This document shows, piece by piece, positions 59,896 through 64,000 of a DNA stretch of 64,000 nt. This DNA is from an uncultured Chitinophagales bacterium. Lineage in GTDB: Bacteria > Bacteroidota > Bacteroidia > Chitinophagales > JADIYW01. The notes beneath the pieces were generated by a model, which worked only from the letters and a program-made list of their open reading frames with translations, did not search any database and was not told the origin of the DNA. Both the position numbers and the translations under genes were made by a program. The stretch's first letter is position 1. Every line of letters starts with the position of its first letter. Location of the stretch: the NCBI GenBank assembly GCA_964653095.1, contig CAZZEH010000009.1:39266-103265 (forward strand), written 5' to 3'.

Positions 59896-62800
59896 ATGAA
59901 AAGAAACAGAAATAAGATTCTAAGTTTTTTAACACTTTTACTTTTAATCGTTCTCATCAGTTTATTTTGGCACTTTAAAGTCTCTCCCACCAAAATTGCT
60001 TTATATAATTTCTCAAGTCATCAAGTCTCCAACATAGCTCTTTCCAACAAGGATCGCTTTATAAAATTTGAGAGAATTGATGTCGAAAATACCGATCAAT
60101 TGTCCAAATATGACTTTATTCTCGGTAATGGAATGGGATTAAAGGCGACACCCGAGCAACGTGAAAAACTAAAAGTCCTTTCAAGAAAAATACCTACCCA
60201 TTTTATCATGGCTTTCAATCCGGAAAACTATATATCCAGTATTGGCGTTCGGGATTTGGAAAAACTACAAGATTATCTGGATAATGGGAATCGCCAGAAT
60301 TATCAAAACATGGCGAGGTATGTGCGAAAATATATGGATAAGAAATTATTCTTTGCACATGAACCTCAGCCGACTCTTAAAAGTGAAAAAGATGTTTTTT
60401 TTCATATAAAAGAGGATCTCGCTTTTCGTGATATCGAATCTTACGAAAAATATCTCAGAGAGAATAATCTCTATACAGAAAGTGGAAAAAGAATAGCAAT
60501 TATTGCCGGGATACATGACCCGTTTAGTGGTGACAAACAGTTTTTGGACAGTACCATTATTTCGTTTCAAAACGCGGGATATAATGTGTATCCTGTTGTC
60601 AGTATGTTTGACAGGATTATGTTTCTCGAACAGATTCGTCCTGATGCAGTCATTTATTTTCCACACGGCAGATTGGTATTAAGCAATCCTGAAAAAGCCG
60701 TTGATTGGCTCAAAAAGTCTAACATCCCAATATTCACCCCTTTAACCATCGCAGAAACCGAAGAAGAATGGATGGATAACCCTATGGGAATGTTTGGAGG
60801 CTTTATGGGGCAAACGATTGTCTTGCCGGAATTAGACGGAGCTTTATATCCATACGTTTTATTTACACAGTACAAAAACAAAAATGGTCTTTATACCATC
60901 CGGGCGATTCCTGAAAGGCTTAACAACTTCACCGCAATCGTCAACAATTACATTCAATTAAAATCCACCCCTAATAAGGACAAAAAGATTGTTATATGTT
61001 ATTTTAAAAATACGGGTACAGGAGCATTAATGGCGCAAGGAATGGAAGTGGGAGTATCTCTGTTAAATGTTTTAAAGCGACTGCAGTCAGAGGGATACGA
61101 TGTCGGAAACTTGCCCGATTCAGAGAAAGCTCTGTCTGAATTAATCAACAAATTTGGCAATATCTACGACCCGTCTGCTAAAAATGAGTTTGACAAATTT
61201 GTTGAAGAAGGAAACCCAATCTTAGTCGAAGCCGACAAATATGAAGAATGGCTCAAATCTTCCACCTCTAAAGAGACGTACGATGCCGTGATTAAAAAAC
61301 ATGGAAGAGCTGCAGGCAGTTTCATGTCTATCCAAAAAGATGGGAAAGATTACCTCGCAATTTCCGGATTCAAATTAGGTAACATCACTCTTTTACCCCA
61401 GCCTGCTGCCGCATTAAATAATGATGATGATTTTGAGATAAGTCATGGTGTCAAAGAAATTCCACCTCATTCATATATAGCACCTTATCTGTGGGTACAA
61501 AAAGAGCTGAAGCCGGATGCCTTCATTCATTTCGGCACACATGGAAGTTTAGAATTTACACCCACTAAACAGGTAGCTCTCTCAGGGAATGACTGGCCGG
61601 AGATTTTAATCGGAACGACTCCCCATTTCTACATATATACTATTGCAAATGTGGGAGAAAGTATGATGGCAAAAAGAAGAACGTATGCAGCTACCATTTC
61701 CTACTTATCACCTGCTTTTGTGGAAACCAAAACGAGAGAGAGCTATAACGCCTTACAGACTGAAATCAGAAATTACTTCGCCACAGAAATGGATAAAAGA
61801 GATCAACAATCTCTGAAAGTGAAGAAAATTGCAGTAGCAATGGGATTGCATCGTTTCTTACGTCTGGACAGCGTACTTACACGACCTTATGCTATTGATG
61901 AAATCGGCAAAATCGACAATTTTGCCGAAGAGGTTGCCAATGAAAAAATCAACGGTGAATATTATACTTTAGGACAACCCTACTCTGCTGAAAAAATCAA
62001 TTCGACAGTATTGGCAATGAGTGCAGATCCGATTGCATACAGCCTATCCGCATTAGATAAGCACCGAGGAGTCATTACCGATGAAGATATCAAACGACAA
62101 TCTGTATTTACAGAGAAATACCTGAAGCCTGCTAAAAATCTGGTAATACAAATCCTTAACGGAAAGAAAGTGGATGATGGCTTTATCATTCAATTAGCAA
62201 AAATATCAGCTGAGGATTTACAACAAGCCAGAAAGATTTTAACTGAAAGCCCTGTCATCCCGGACTTATCTCAAAGTAATGACAATAGAAACAACTCAAA
62301 AATTCCCTACTTCGTTCGAGACACCCTGGAAAGTTGGGGATATGATATAGATAAAGATTTTGTCCCGGAAGAAGCGATTAACCGATTAAAAACACTTTGG
62401 CAAAGTATTCCGAGTTTTGTTCAGAAAAAGTTAGATAAAAAATTCGGAACAATAGGAGAAATCGAAGCAGCCATACATGAAGGCAATAAAACTAAAAATC
62501 CTAAGAACAAGAAAAGGGTGCCGGTCAAAGTTGTCATCACAGCTAAAGACAAGGAGAAAGCTCACGCTATCTTAGATTTAGAGAAAGCACTCTCTCATGT
62601 AATTGCATATAAAAACAACTTACAAGAGAGTCCCGAATTAGAATTAAAAACACTGATAAATGGATTATCCGGAGGTTATATCAGCCCTTCTTCGGGAGGA
62701 GATGCCGTTGCCAATCCGGGTTCTGTCCCCACAGGGCATAATATGTATTCTATAAATGCAGAGAATACTCCTTCTAAAGATGCATGGAATACCGGAGTAT

Positions 62801-64000
62801 TATTGGCAAAAAACACAATCAATGAATATTTGAAAAAACATGACGGGAAATATCCCGAAAAAATTGCTTACACTTTCTGGAGTGGTGAGTTTATGGAGAC
62901 AAAAGGTGTTTCTATCGCCCAAGTGCTCTATTTATTGGGAGTCGAACCTATTTGGGATAATTTTGACCGCGTAGATAATGTACGATTGATTCCTTCTAAA
63001 GAATTGGGACGACCAAGAATAGATGTCATCATTCAGACTTCAGGGCAGTTCAGAGATTTGGCAGCTTCCAGAATGATTCTAATTTCAAAAGCGATTGAAA
63101 TGGCCGCCAATTCCAAAGACGATGACTTTGGAAATAATATCAGAAAAGGAGTCGTAGAAATGGAAAAAGAACTAGTAGAAAAAGGAGTTGCACCTAATTT
63201 GGCAAGAAAACTTTCTAAGCGTAGAATTTTTGGAGGATTAGAAGGAGCATACGGTACCGGCATCCAAGAATATATATTAGCAGGAGACAAATGGGACAAT
63301 AGTAGTGACATAGCCTCGGTCTATATAAATAATATGGGAGCTTCCTATGATAGTGACAAAGAATGGGGCGATTTCCAGAAGGATGTATTCCGTGTCGCTT
63401 TACAGAATACCGATGTTTTAATTCAACCGAGACAAAACAATACCTGGGGAGCTTTGAGCTTAGATCATGTTTACGAATTTATGGGGGGGCTGAATACAGC
63501 CATCCGAGAAGTCACAGGGAAAGACCCTGATGCCTATCTGGCAGATTACAGAAACCATCGAAATATGAGAATGCAGGAACTGAAGGAAGCTATTGGAGTG
63601 GAAGCCAAATCAACCATTTTTAATCCTGCCTATATCAAAGAAATGATGAAAGGCAAGGCTTCCTCTGCCGAACAATTGCAGGAAATTACTACAAACATGT
63701 ACGGATGGAACTCTACACGCCCGGAAGTCATTGACCATGAAATGTGGGATGAACTGTATGAGACTTATATAGATGATCAATATAAGCTCGGCGTTCGTAA
63801 GTTCTTTGACGAAACTAATCCTGCAGCCCTACTCAATACTTCTGCCGTGATGCTGGAAACCATTAGAAAAGGAATGTGGGATGCTGCTCCGGAACAAATA
63901 TCCTCTTTGGCAACTCTAAATTCAGAATTAATAGAAGTTGCAGGAGCAGCATCTTCTTCATTTATTTTAAACAATGAATCCTTGCAGAGCTTTATAGCTG
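59896..64000 (+). CDS. CobN/BchH-class chelatase large-subunit homologue (HmuS-like), 3' end beyond the window
   Basis: Hand-translated open frame of 1368 codons, absent from the track because it is unterminated. N-terminal hydrophobic anchor. Family motifs IHFGTHGSLEFTP, VPTGHNMY, LSLDHVYEFMGG and the CobN-like C-terminal region …YGWNSTRPEVIDHEMWDELYETYIDD…NPAALLN…. Confidence 0.88.
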   Translation, partial: MKRNRNKILSFLTLLLLIVLISLFWHFKVSPTKIALYNFSSHQVSNIALSNKDRFIKFERIDVENTDQLSKYDFILGNGMGLKATPEQREKLKVLSRKIPTHFIMAFNPENYISSIGVRDLEKLQDYLDNGNRQNYQNMARYVRKYMDKKLFFAHEPQPTLKSEKDVFFHIKEDLAFRDIESYEKYLRENNLYTESGKRIAIIAGIHDPFSGDKQFLDSTIISFQNAGYNVYPVVSMFDRIMFLEQIRPDAVIYFPHGRLVLSNPEKAVDWLKKSNIPIFTPLTIAETEEEWMDNPMGMFGGFMGQTIVLPELDGALYPYVLFTQYKNKNGLYTIRAIPERLNNFTAIVNNYIQLKSTPNKDKKIVICYFKNTGTGALMAQGMEVGVSLLNVLKRLQSEGYDVGNLPDSEKALSELINKFGNIYDPSAKNEFDKFVEEGNPILVEADKYEEWLKSSTSKETYDAVIKKHGRAAGSFMSIQKDGKDYLAISGFKLGNITLLPQPAAALNNDDDFEISHGVKEIPPHSYIAPYLWVQKELKPDAFIHFGTHGSLEFTPTKQVALSGNDWPEILIGTTPHFYIYTIANVGESMMAKRRTYAATISYLSPAFVETKTRESYNALQTEIRNYFATEMDKRDQQSLKVKKIAVAMGLHRFLRLDSVLTRPYAIDEIGKIDNFAEEVANEKINGEYYTLGQPYSAEKINSTVLAMSADPIAYSLSALDKHRGVITDEDIKRQSVFTEKYLKPAKNLVIQILNGKKVDDGFIIQLAKISAEDLQQARKILTESPVIPDLSQSNDNRNNSKIPYFVRDTLESWGYDIDKDFVPEEAINRLKTLWQSIPSFVQKKLDKKFGTIGEIEAAIHEGNKTKNPKNKKRVPVKVVITAKDKEKAHAILDLEKALSHVIAYKNNLQESPELELKTLINGLSGGYISPSSGGDAVANPGSVPTGHNMYSINAENTPSKDAWNTGVLLAKNTINEYLKKHDGKYPEKIAYTFWSGEFMETKGVSIAQVLYLLGVEPIWDNFDRVDNVRLIPSKELGRPRIDVIIQTSGQFRDLAASRMILISKAIEMAANSKDDDFGNNIRKGVVEMEKELVEKGVAPNLARKLSKRRIFGGLEGAYGTGIQEYILAGDKWDNSSDIASVYINNMGASYDSDKEWGDFQKDVFRVALQNTDVLIQPRQNNTWGALSLDHVYEFMGGLNTAIREVTGKDPDAYLADYRNHRNMRMQELKEAIGVEAKSTIFNPAYIKEMMKGKASSAEQLQEITTNMYGWNSTRPEVIDHEMWDELYETYIDDQYKLGVRKFFDETNPAALLNTSAVMLETIRKGMWDAAPEQISSLATLNSELIEVAGAASSSFILNNESLQSFIA

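Noticed and set aside
60346-63974. Minus-strand ORFs (106, 75, 69, 92 and 65 aa) listed in the last 4 kb
   Set aside because: They are antisense to the long open CobN-like frame, whose family motifs are in phase at 61528, 62725 and 63460.
1-64000. Search for tRNA, rRNA, tmRNA, RNase P or SRP RNA genes in the larger intergenic gaps (4016-4439, 7029-7455, 27724-28277, 42338-42693, 49845-50340, 54472-54941)
   Set aside because: No cloverleaf-like or conserved-core sequences were recognisable by eye. This needs tRNAscan/Infernal to be certain.

Overview
AT-rich Bacteroidota chromosome segment, judged from T9SS-type C-terminal sorting domains, TAnnTTTG promoter boxes and str/S10/spc/alpha gene order without tuf. 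Positions 9.9-27.7 kb hold one uninterrupted minus-strand block of 33 translation genes (rpsL-rpsG-fusA-rpsJ ... secY-map-infA-rpmJ-rpsM-rpsK-rpsD-rpoA-rplQ). This includes rpmJ, which is too short for the ORF track. Just 3' of it lies a carA homologue whose glutaminase catalytic triad appears substituted. The left flank has a very large orphan sensor kinase and a divergent pair of secreted T9SS esterases. One esterase carries six Listeria-Bacteroides-type repeats. Positions 28-34 kb hold a DnaQ/GIY-YIG fusion, dnaN, a glycosyltransferase and a PAS kinase with a REC-Crp regulator. From 34.6 kb onward the window is a repeat-delimited accessory mosaic. It contains a MITE-like element in 3 copies (one nested in another repeat, with an empty paralogous site), a decayed segmental duplication around a DUF4143-type ATPase, and a GC-rich repeat island. 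It also contains four PepSY-like genes plus a two-component system, and a 3.7-kb two-gene insertion flanked by an 87-bp direct duplication. Further modules are a TonB receptor with a PepSY-TM gene, a four-part ABC/HlyD/FtsX/TolC exporter, and a lipoprotein-TBDR-lipoprotein-CobN-like cluster resembling hmu/xus uptake loci. No rRNA, tRNA or CRISPR was found. I see no clear-cut new system. The most unusual items are the triad-less CarA, the repeat and duplication architecture, and the CobN-linked uptake cluster with a shared AATACCTAA motif.
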